From the NCBI GenBank assembly GCA_043718025.1, contig JAYSWN010000115.1, positions 1 through 28,481 on the forward strand: a stretch of 28,481 nucleotides of DNA. The letters are read 5' to 3'. The notes beneath the pieces were generated by a model that was not told the DNA's origin, ran no database searches, and saw only the letters and a program-made list of their open reading frames with translations. A program made the position numbers and the translations under genes. The DNA comes from Pseudomonadota bacterium (GTDB lineage Bacteria > Bdellovibrionota > FAC87 > UBA2466). Of the stretch, positions 1 to 7,947 are shown in pieces (position 1 is the stretch's first letter; each line of letters opens with the position of its first letter).

Positions 1-145
1 TAAAACGGCGCTTTTTTTTTGTAGTTGGCTTCTTCAAACAATTTTTCACGCTCAAATCAGTGTGAAGAGCCTTTTTTTGGAATGGCGTAGAACTTGAATA
101 CACCATTGATATTCCACGAGAGAGGAAAACCCTGGGGGCACGTGT

Positions 146-709
146 ATGGGTCGCAAAAAAATTAAACTTTCCGCTGAGCTTTCTAAACGCCGCCAAGAAT
201 TCGGCCGACTATCCCAACGGATGTGGTTCGTGACCGTCTTCGTAAGCGCGTTCAGCGTGGCGTATTGCAGCCACAAAGAGAAGTCGATGGATCCTATGTT
301 TAACGTTCAGGCCGATCGTAAGGTGGGGCCCAAAGCAGAGATTGAAGATAACCTTCCGTACCTGGACATGAAGTCTGCCTTTTTTGATTTTGATAAGTCC
401 ATTCTTCGCAACGACGGTAAAAAGGCATTGATGCCTACGGTTGAGTGGCTAAAAAAGAATCCTAAGATTCGCCTCCAGGTCGAAGGCTATTGCGACGAGC
501 GTGGGTCCGAAGGCTACAACCTTAAGCTGGGCGAGCGGCGCGCTACCGCGGTGAAGCACTTCATGGCTCAGCAAGGCATCGACAGTGATCGCATCACGGC
601 ACTGAGCTACGGCAAAGTAGAAGGTGGCAGCAACAAAGAGCGCACCGAAAACCGCCGCGTTGGCTTGGTCGTTATCTACGGCGGCGAAACCGCAAAGTTG
701 GGTGAGTGA
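146..709 (+). CDS. Pal/OmpA-like peptidoglycan-associated lipoprotein
   Basis: OmpA_C motifs FFDFDKS, VEGYCDERGSEGYNLKLGERRA, SYG and ENRRV. A hydrophobic stretch ends in VAYC (possible lipobox). Alternative start ATG at 221. Confidence 0.9.
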   Translation: MGRKKIKLSAELSKRRQEFGRLSQRMWFVTVFVSAFSVAYCSHKEKSMDPMFNVQADRKVGPKAEIEDNLPYLDMKSAFFDFDKSILRNDGKKALMPTVEWLKKNPKIRLQVEGYCDERGSEGYNLKLGERRATAVKHFMAQQGIDSDRITALSYGKVEGGSNKERTENRRVGLVVIYGGETAKLGE

Positions 710-719
710 TGCCTTGCGT

Positions 720-747
720 TGCGACCTCCCGCCATCGCGAGGTCGCA
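720..747 (+). terminator. Hairpin after the pal-like gene (possible terminator or stabilising stem)
   Basis: Perfect 9-bp stem TGCGACCTC (720-728) / GAGGTCGCA (739-747), starting 11 nt after the stop. No U-tract follows. Confidence 0.35.
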
Positions 748-915
748 GATTCGCCGTCATTACGTCTATGGAAAAGGAACACAAGGGAAAAAGACTCCCC
801 TGACAAGAGCTAGGCCCTTGTTTTTTGGTCGTCCTACGTTGTTGTTCGCCGGCCAGGTTTTCAGTAACGATGCACATTAACGGTCCTTACTTTATCGATA
901 GCATCCTAAATGCGT

Positions 916-1138
916 CTATCTGGGCTCTCAAGGGGAACCATTCTCCCTTTTGGGGGAGAATGGTTTAATCCAAGGGCCACGATAAATTCTAGGTATGGAG
1001 AAGGGGCTAACCGAACTGATGGGCACTTGATTTCTCAGGCCATCGCAATGATTGAGCTCTCTCTTCTCACCTAAAAGACCGCCATCCGTTCTTCCGGGTT
1101 TGAACTCCTGGTGAAGGCTTGCAACGGGTCTTAAAGGT
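916..1138 (-). ncRNA. Candidate IS110 bridge/seek RNA in the downstream non-coding end
   Basis: Nested stems read by eye: 1075-1080/1127-1132; 990-994/1069-1073 with 998-1003/1063-1068 and 1018-1022/1040-1044 around a 9+10-nt internal loop; perfect 12-bp hairpin 936-947/954-965. Confidence 0.6.
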
Positions 1139-1141
1139 CTA

Positions 1142-2137
1142 TCAGTAGTTTCTGCTACATTTTAATCTTCCTGGTTCAAACTTTTTCCCGCTCTTCATTA
1201 CGCCGTACGCTAGTACGGCGACCCTACGTGCGACAGCGTGCCTAGCGTTATGAGCAGCATAGTTTTTTTCCCTAATCAGAAACTCATAATACTCTTTGAG
1301 TGGCCCACGAGCCTTTTCTCCAATCGCACTCATGGCAGCGATCTTAAATACCGCTTTGAGTTTTCGGCAGTACCGGGGCTTTTTACTGCCGTAACTCTTT
1401 CCACCACTTAAACGCTCTAACCGAATCAATCCGCAATAGGACAGAAAATGGGACTTATCACAAAATCGACGAGCATCGATTACTATGGCTGCAATTTTCA
1501 TTGCCCCAATTTCACCTATGCCAGGCAGACTTCGTAAGTTTCTTACCGCTTGATATTTCTTATTCGCATTTGAAAACTCCGCTTCATACCGCACCTTCTC
1601 TTCTTCATAACGGCTAATGCTCAGATCAAGACCTTTGAGCACAAACTGTTCGGCCGGGTGCGGTAGAGTCTTCTCATCCTTACCCATTCCCACCGCCCGA
1701 AATAGGGCCGATCGTTGGTTTTTTAATCGCACTCCCGAATTAACCAAGTCTTCATAACCACTCACTATCTTTCGCAAATAACTAAAATCGTCTGCCGTAT
1801 GGAAAACCGGCTTCACTAGTCCCGCTTTAAGAAGCTGTACCAGTTTTATCGCATCGATTTTATCTGTCTTAGGACCCTCACTTAGAAGCCGATTCCGGTA
1901 CGGATCACACACCACAATTTCTTCAACCAACGAGCGCAGCTCCACGTACAGCCACTGCGACGTCGTCGTCTCTTCAAAAACCAAAATCTTTCTGCCGCGC
2001 AGCTTCTTTAAATACAGCTTCAATTCCGAAAGGTTCGCCGGAACATCAACAGCTAAAATCTTATCGCTGCTTCGCGTCGCCCTGGCTATCGCCATATTCT
2101 TTTGCGCCCAGTCTAAGCCTATGAAATGATCGTACAT
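1142..2137 (-). CDS. IS110-family transposase/recombinase (DEDD RuvC-like plus Tnp domain)
   Basis: FIGLDW, VFEE and KTDKIDA (D-E-D-D), LRSLPGIGEIGA, SYCGL and LSGGK (catalytic Ser motif). Minus-strand RBS AAGGAG at 2150-2145. Confidence 0.96.
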   Translation of the reverse strand: MYDHFIGLDWAQKNMAIARATRSSDKILAVDVPANLSELKLYLKKLRGRKILVFEETTTSQWLYVELRSLVEEIVVCDPYRNRLLSEGPKTDKIDAIKLVQLLKAGLVKPVFHTADDFSYLRKIVSGYEDLVNSGVRLKNQRSALFRAVGMGKDEKTLPHPAEQFVLKGLDLSISRYEEEKVRYEAEFSNANKKYQAVRNLRSLPGIGEIGAMKIAAIVIDARRFCDKSHFLSYCGLIRLERLSGGKSYGSKKPRYCRKLKAVFKIAAMSAIGEKARGPLKEYYEFLIREKNYAAHNARHAVARRVAVLAYGVMKSGKKFEPGRLKCSRNY

Positions 2138-2493
2138 GGGTGGTCTCCTTTGCTTGTTTGTTGTCTTGCAACTACAAACAACGCATCGGAGTTTCGTAAC
2201 TCCAGGGCGACCACCTTTTCCAATTTACCGAAGGCGCACGCAGTGCGGCTGAAGCAACCCTTTAAATATGAGTGAAGAGGGACGTCGACAAAACCAGGCA
2301 GGCCAAAGGTTGCCGCGCCTGCTACGCAGACGCAATGACAGGAACGCGGCTCTACATAAGGTTTTGAGACACTCTCTGTGGAAATTTCCTGGCTTTGAAG
2401 TGCTTTTGATCCACCCTCACGAGCAACGCGATAGCACCCACGCCCCTCGAACCGCCCCCGTTCCACTAAACATCATAGAGAAGGGTTTGAGCT

Positions 2494-2519
2494 CTAAGAG
2501 CGCTAGGTTTCGCCGATAA
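2494..2519 (+). promoter_or_regulatory. Possible sigma28 (FliA)-type promoter facing the minor-pilin operon
   Basis: Perfect -10 GCCGATAA at 2512-2519. CTAAG at 2494-2498 is an imperfect -35 with slightly short spacing. Confidence 0.35.
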
Positions 2520-2729
2520 ATCTCAGTCTCCCGCCTTTACGCGCTGTGCTTAAACTAATCACTCAGGCTATTTTGCTTCAACGTTCTCACTACTTGCGGA
2601 GGCGGCGTTGTGTATCGATCACTAACATTGATATGCGGCGCAGAAAGTTGCTAAAATAAACACACTCGCGAAGGAATCCCAATCTTTGAACCGCACCACC
2701 TTTCCTAAGTAAACTTCGCGGTTTCCTAA

Positions 2730-2764
2730 ATTTTCTATTTTCTATTTTTTATTTTCTATTCTCT
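2730..2764 (+). repeat. Heptamer tandem repeat (ATTTTCT)x5
   Basis: ATTTTCT ATTTTCT ATTTTTT ATTTTCT ATTCTCT: three perfect copies and two with one mismatch. Confidence 0.8.
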
Positions 2765-2798
2765 GGGCTTACCAAAAATTCATTGCAACGAGGAACGT

Positions 2799-5700
2799 CT
2801 GAACCGTTCAAAACGAAAAGAAAAAAGTCTTTTTTCTAACCGCCGCGGATTCGGCTTACTACCGGCCGTAGCCCTTAGCTTGGCCATTGCCGGCGGAGTG
2901 CTCGCCGTCTTTGGCTACATCCGGTCGTACTCTAAAATGACTACCCGTACGGTAAACGTTTTTAAGTACCGCATGATTTCGGAAGGCGTGGCCAAGACAT
3001 TCGCCAACGTCATTTCGAAGGGCCCACGCCTTGACCCAAAAACCAAAGAGGTCGAGCGGGAGGGGTACCGAAGCTTTGGCCCCGCACCTGCAATTTCCGA
3101 ACAAGACACGTGGGCGCTCGACAACTGCAATCTGGCGCGTCTGATTGCAACGGAAGAACAGGCTCGTCATCCTCAAGGGTTCAACGCTTCGCTAAAAAAA
3201 ACGGCGAGTTCATCGGAATGGCGATCGCATGAGGATCGTCAGGTACTTACCGGTCGCAACGACATCGGACCCCAATGGTGCGGAGAATCCGACAGCCTGC
3301 TTACTGACGGACCGGGCTTATACTTTAAGATTAAGCCCGAAGACGTCACCGCTCGCAGTGCCATGGCCGCACTATTTAGCGTTCTTGAAAATACTGACGC
3401 CAATTTTGGCGGCGTGGTGATTCGCGCGGTGAGACAAACCAGCACTCATTTGCCGGTCGATATTTCAGGCACGGTATTGCAAATCACAGCGAAAATATTT
3501 CCGAAGAGTAGTCTGGTTAAACTTCTAGGCACCCGCGACAACGTTTTCTATCAGGTGACGCATTTATACATGCCAAGAAACTTGATGGAGTACGCGTTTG
3601 TCTCGCCGGGCCGTTTACGGCTAGATATTGCCTCTCTGGCCAAAAAGACCGACTCTACCCTCCTGCCCGGGACTACCACTTACGCCGATGTCAGTGACCA
3701 ACCGAGGCGTGGTGATTTGATCATCCCACCCAGCACGATGGGTGAGTTTGCGGAAAGCACCAATAAAGGGATCACCTTTTATTCACCAATTTTGGTCAAT
3801 GGCGACGTCGTGCTGCCAAGTGGGAAGCCGGGATCCGGTGCTTCGCTCGCCCGTTTTCTCAAGCCAATTGAAATGGGGATGGGTACCCTGATGCGGCCCG
3901 GGACGAATGGACTGGCGCCTTACGTGCCCACCAAATTTTCCGACCAAGTTCGTAGCACGGTTGAAGAGGTAAACAGTTTTGTGCGCGGCAACGCGGGCTT
4001 TTTGATGCTCGGAGCACGCAGCGATGCGCTCGACGTAAATGCTGGCATTGCCTCCGGCACGGTTGGCACTCTTTTGCGCACCTGTTTAGAAAATTTAACC
4101 ACCTTGGATCCCCTGGTTTCCCAAAATAGTTGGTTAGTCATGAAAGAAACGCCGTCGCGCGCGTTAAGCAGCGTCACCAAGGGGGACGAGCGTCTTTCAT
4201 CGCAATCTCAGTTTTTTACGAGTGCGTTCGCTGGTGATAAGACGGTGTTCATTCCCCAGAGTAATATCGTATGGGACAAAGTAGGAGGCCGCGAGGTTCC
4301 TAAACCACCTGGAGTGATCGGGACAGATACTGCGGACATGGCCGATGCTGAGATAAGCGTTGTCCCCCCTCTTTCTGGGGAACGCGCTGAAGATATCGAA
4401 GTGACCCACCCCATCTTTGATGTAAAAATTGCGATGAGAGGAACCTATGAAACCGCCCCGCCGGCGGGAGAGATGGTGACGGCTAAACTGGGATACAATC
4501 AGCAGCTGAAAGTTCAATTTTCTAGAAATGGCGCGAACCAAAAATGTGACGCGACACCCAAAAACCGAGATAAGATTAAAAGCATAAAAGAGGAAAAAAA
4601 AGCTCTTGAGGAGAACCAAAAAGAGGCAAAGTCTAAAACCGATCTCTCCAGATCGATGGCGAAACATCTTGAGGATACCCTTACCAAAGTGAGACAATAT
4701 GAAGCTGCACAGAATGCTGCGGCAACTCCTACCCCCACCCCCACTGAGACTCCCTCTGAAACACCGACGGGAACTTCAACTCCGACCCCCGCGCCCGCTG
4801 CAGACAATAAGTTATTGCCGAATATACTTAACTGGTACGTCACTCACAAACACGATGAACTGAACGGAAACGCTAAAGCTACTACTGCCAGAGATTATAT
4901 TAATAATAATATTACAAACCATTTCAATGAAACTGAGTCTTACCTAAAAGGCGCTGACTACGCCTTGAGTTCATATGGCTGCGTTGCTTCAAATGAGTGC
5001 ACCGATCTCACTTCCGCCTTCGCGGCATTTTTTGCTCGGGTTCACTATGAGGTGCTAGAGGAAGAAATAAAAATTAAAGACGATCTTATAAAAGAGGAAT
5101 CAATTAAGGCCATCTACCGCGACCACCCCTTCGAGATAACCGTTGCGGTGCGCCCGCATTTGGTCGACGATCCCAAAGCTCCAGGCGAGAAGGACGCTCA
5201 ACCAAATATTGCTAAGCTTGAGATCTCCTTTAGCAATGTAGAGAGTTGGAAACATTGTGGATACGAAAATGCCACTTTTCCCGATGTTACCCTTACCGGG
5301 TTTGAGCTAGGCTCCGACGGTTCGGGAAATTTGTCTCGTGGCCGCTTAGCCCATCCGCTGAATTCAAATCAGCATCGCCTGTTCTGGACCAATAACGTCG
5401 CAAATCCCGGTCAGCTTGACCTCAAAGATTCGAATTACCCACCAAATATCAGCCGTGATCTTTCGGCTTCTTACTTCACTATGAACCCTGATTTCATCGC
5501 AGGCTCGATTGGAACCCCTCCCGATATGGCCCGTAACTATGCCGCCGAAAGAAGAATCTGCGATACAACATCTGACCACCGCTATGGCGATGCCGACCCG
5601 GTTAAAGATTTTGATAAGCTCGCCAAGCAGGCTTGGAACTTCTCGCCTTTGTCACCGAACCCTGGAGAAGATCCTTACGTACTGACAATCGCCGAACCAA

Positions 5701-6284
5701 CTTTAATCAACGACCTGGTGGCTCCACTCGGTCGTGCCGACTATAGTTGGCCGATGCGAACTGGACTGCTGAGTATTGTGGTGAAAGCTACAGCAGCTAT
5801 TTTAGTGGGAAACTATGTCACCGAGACATTGGAAATTGAGGCTCGCAACACCCCTTTAATCATAATTTCGACCATGATCGTCAATAATTTCCAGATTGAC
5901 CCTTCCGCGCTTAAGGCCGGAATTATCTGGATTGCCCCACAGGACGAAGCGGCATTAAAAATTTTACAGCGGGTTCACGCGGTGGGGCGCGATATGGATT
6001 GCAGCGTGTTGGATACTCCCGCTCTGGCCGCCGCTCCGTTATGGCATCCGACTCTCAAAAAGCTGGGTAACACCGACCGGGACATTAGCGCGCGCATGGC
6101 GATGTCGTGCACATTGGCCACCATGGCACCCAAACTCGGCGAGGCCTTTAGCTCCGTAAACGGTTCGCCACCGGCCGTTCCTAATCTTACGACTGCGGCA
6201 ACGGAGCTAGATTTGACTCAGATGTTCAAAGGGCCGTGGATGCACGTGGCGGTGGCGGCCGATTTGAGTAATATTTTCCATTGA
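2799..6284 (+). CDS. Giant (~1160 aa) type IV prepilin-like protein, PilX/GspK-like (no Glu5)
   Basis: Extending the 2880 ORF in frame gives NRSKRKEKSLFSNRRG|FGLLPAVALSLAIAGGVLAVFGY, a basic leader plus G|F plus hydrophobic helix. CTG at 2799 follows GAGGA (2790-2794); upstream in-frame stop at 2727. Contains a coiled-coil-like segment and a Pro/Thr linker. Confidence 0.75.
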   Translation: MNRSKRKEKSLFSNRRGFGLLPAVALSLAIAGGVLAVFGYIRSYSKMTTRTVNVFKYRMISEGVAKTFANVISKGPRLDPKTKEVEREGYRSFGPAPAISEQDTWALDNCNLARLIATEEQARHPQGFNASLKKTASSSEWRSHEDRQVLTGRNDIGPQWCGESDSLLTDGPGLYFKIKPEDVTARSAMAALFSVLENTDANFGGVVIRAVRQTSTHLPVDISGTVLQITAKIFPKSSLVKLLGTRDNVFYQVTHLYMPRNLMEYAFVSPGRLRLDIASLAKKTDSTLLPGTTTYADVSDQPRRGDLIIPPSTMGEFAESTNKGITFYSPILVNGDVVLPSGKPGSGASLARFLKPIEMGMGTLMRPGTNGLAPYVPTKFSDQVRSTVEEVNSFVRGNAGFLMLGARSDALDVNAGIASGTVGTLLRTCLENLTTLDPLVSQNSWLVMKETPSRALSSVTKGDERLSSQSQFFTSAFAGDKTVFIPQSNIVWDKVGGREVPKPPGVIGTDTADMADAEISVVPPLSGERAEDIEVTHPIFDVKIAMRGTYETAPPAGEMVTAKLGYNQQLKVQFSRNGANQKCDATPKNRDKIKSIKEEKKALEENQKEAKSKTDLSRSMAKHLEDTLTKVRQYEAAQNAAATPTPTPTETPSETPTGTSTPTPAPAADNKLLPNILNWYVTHKHDELNGNAKATTARDYINNNITNHFNETESYLKGADYALSSYGCVASNECTDLTSAFAAFFARVHYEVLEEEIKIKDDLIKEESIKAIYRDHPFEITVAVRPHLVDDPKAPGEKDAQPNIAKLEISFSNVESWKHCGYENATFPDVTLTGFELGSDGSGNLSRGRLAHPLNSNQHRLFWTNNVANPGQLDLKDSNYPPNISRDLSASYFTMNPDFIAGSIGTPPDMARNYAAERRICDTTSDHRYGDADPVKDFDKLAKQAWNFSPLSPNPGEDPYVLTIAEPTLINDLVAPLGRADYSWPMRTGLLSIVVKATAAILVGNYVTETLEIEARNTPLIIISTMIVNNFQIDPSALKAGIIWIAPQDEAALKILQRVHAVGRDMDCSVLDTPALAAAPLWHPTLKKLGNTDRDISARMAMSCTLATMAPKLGEAFSSVNGSPPAVPNLTTAATELDLTQMFKGPWMHVAVAADLSNIFH

Positions 6285-6314
6285 GCGGATAGTTTTTTTA
6301 AGTAAGGAACGAAA

Positions 6315-6794
6315 ATGCTATTGAAACGGAAAAAGCATTTAGCCGGTTACAGTCTGGTGGAGGTGATTTTTGCCACTTCCATCGTCACCACTTCTCTGTA
6401 CGCCGGTTTTGCGGGGTTGAAATACCTAAACAATTTCGTGGCGGCGCGCAAAGAGTTTTCGCGGGAGACCAATCTAGCCATGACCGTGATTGCCACGGTG
6501 GCGGCAAACCCGGCGATGTTTCCGCCCAGCGACGAATTTTTTGGTGAGGTGACAAAAGCTGGTGAAACCATTGTGCCACCCGGTTTGAAAAATCCGTACT
6601 ACGCGTACGGCCCTTTATATTTTGGTCCCGCGTCGGAATGTGAGCAATGCCCGAATCGAATCGGTGTGGCCACACGCGCGGTGCCAAATTCGCCACGCAC
6701 GATGATTGTGGACGCTTGGATATTTAAAGTAAAAAAAGGCAAGACGACAGAATACGTTAAGGTAAAAAAATACACCTCGGCGGTGAGTTTCTAA
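6315..6794 (+). CDS. Type IV minor pilin, PilV-like
   Basis: Prepilin motif KRKKHLAG|YSLVEVIFATSIV, a C-terminal CEQC, and RBS AAGGAA upstream. Confidence 0.8.
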   Translation: MLLKRKKHLAGYSLVEVIFATSIVTTSLYAGFAGLKYLNNFVAARKEFSRETNLAMTVIATVAANPAMFPPSDEFFGEVTKAGETIVPPGLKNPYYAYGPLYFGPASECEQCPNRIGVATRAVPNSPRTMIVDAWIFKVKKGKTTEYVKVKKYTSAVSF

Positions 6795-7936
6795 TGCAAA
6801 ACAGATTCGCAAATGGGTTAAGAATGGGCGTAAGAGTCAAAACCAATCCAACTTGGGCCAAGGGCTTCACGTTGCTCGAAGTCACCATGACCATGCTCTT
6901 AAGCGGAGTGGTTACCCTGGGCCTTTTCGCGGTTTTCGGGCAGATCAACAAAGCCAAGAGTCGGGTTGAAGAGCGCCTGGTACAATCGGGAATCAATGCG
7001 GTAGGAAACTTAGAACTGACCAAGCTTTTTTTAGAGGCCGATGGTTTTAACTACCAAGGCGAAGGGCCGTGCGATTCGACGGCGCTTGATTTTTGGGAGC
7101 ACAATCCACAACGGCCGGGCTGCACGGTGAAAGACTCCGATGGCAAAGTGGCCGCTGATTGCACTCGACTCAAAAGCCTAAAGGTCGCCACGGGACGCTC
7201 AGAGAGTGATTCGTTCATCATGGCGATAAACGCTCGTTCTCTACCCACGGGCAAGCCGGCCATGACGCTCGCCAGCCCTCCAGAGTTTTATACGGCGGGC
7301 TCTGTACTGGTAAATGGCGTCGCCGACTTTTATGTCTCGGGATCCCTTAACTTCGACGTGAGCAAATTCAGCAAGTTTTTAAAGGCGGTTGGACTGTATT
7401 TTGACGGGGCCGTCTTGCGCCTCATGTCCCCCTACCCCGGCCGAGTTCTTGCCGCCGACGGCCTATACAACGAAAATATTCCTCCACGGCTGCCGTCGGT
7501 AACCATTACGATATCGGGAGGTAACCACGTTGAAGACCGACCGAGTTGGTTACAGTGTCAAAGGCTTGTGGATTATTCACCCGCAATTGACCTGGATAGC
7601 GCCGGGCTGGGATTCGGTAAGGTGGACACCTTTTTTCGCTTGATTCCCGCCCGCGCCGGACGCGAGTCGCCAGCAATTATTAAGGCTCTACGCGTCGTTA
7701 AATTTCATTTAAGGCGAGTGGCGCAAGTCGGAAGAAACGTCGACTCTTTGGTGGTTAGCACTTGGAGCCCTGCCAAGTGCGGCAGCGCACCAGAATGTAA
7801 AGACGACACCGGAGGCGGCTCGTTTCGCAGTCCGCGCGTATTGGCTGACAATGTAGCCGAATTCAAAGTGACGCGAAGTGACATCCGATTGCGTTCGGTT
7901 GGCTTCGAAGTCGTCGAAAAGTATCTCGCTAAATAA
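6794..7936 (+). CDS. Type IV minor pilin, PilW-like
   Basis: AKG|FTLLEVTMTMLLSGVVTLGLF; C-terminal RVLADNVAEFKV resembles PilW/GspJ ends. Coupled to the previous gene by TAATG. Confidence 0.82.
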   Translation: MQNRFANGLRMGVRVKTNPTWAKGFTLLEVTMTMLLSGVVTLGLFAVFGQINKAKSRVEERLVQSGINAVGNLELTKLFLEADGFNYQGEGPCDSTALDFWEHNPQRPGCTVKDSDGKVAADCTRLKSLKVATGRSESDSFIMAINARSLPTGKPAMTLASPPEFYTAGSVLVNGVADFYVSGSLNFDVSKFSKFLKAVGLYFDGAVLRLMSPYPGRVLAADGLYNENIPPRLPSVTITISGGNHVEDRPSWLQCQRLVDYSPAIDLDSAGLGFGKVDTFFRLIPARAGRESPAIIKALRVVKFHLRRVAQVGRNVDSLVVSTWSPAKCGSAPECKDDTGGGSFRSPRVLADNVAEFKVTRSDIRLRSVGFEVVEKYLAK

Positions 7937-7947
7937 TAGGAGTTCGT

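Larger units (their letters stand above)
915..2236 (-). mobile_element. IS110-family insertion sequence (ends approximate)
   Basis: DEDD recombinase ORF flanked by a short structured upstream end and a long structured downstream end. No terminal inverted repeats seen. Ends guessed from minus-strand CCTTGAGAGCCCAGATAG and a shared GCG at 912-914 / 2234-2236. Confidence 0.8.

Noticed and set aside
1..80. T-tracts at 12-20 and ~73-78 as terminators
   Set aside because: The first stem would lie outside the window, and the second needs a loop of about 26 nt, so neither can be supported.
449..877. 142-aa minus-strand ORF and the many other short antisense or nested ORFs in the track
   Set aside because: They overlap well-supported genes on the other strand or frame and have no recognisable motifs.
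750..900. Possible riboswitch or terminator around ACAAGGG/CCCTTGT plus T-tract
   Set aside because: Only short alternative stems; I could not match a known riboswitch consensus such as c-di-GMP-I.
2119..2519. ORFs 2119-2466 (-) and 2268-2519 (+) as IS accessory genes
   Set aside because: No motifs, they overlap each other, and 2119-2466 spans the structured IS end; probably spurious.
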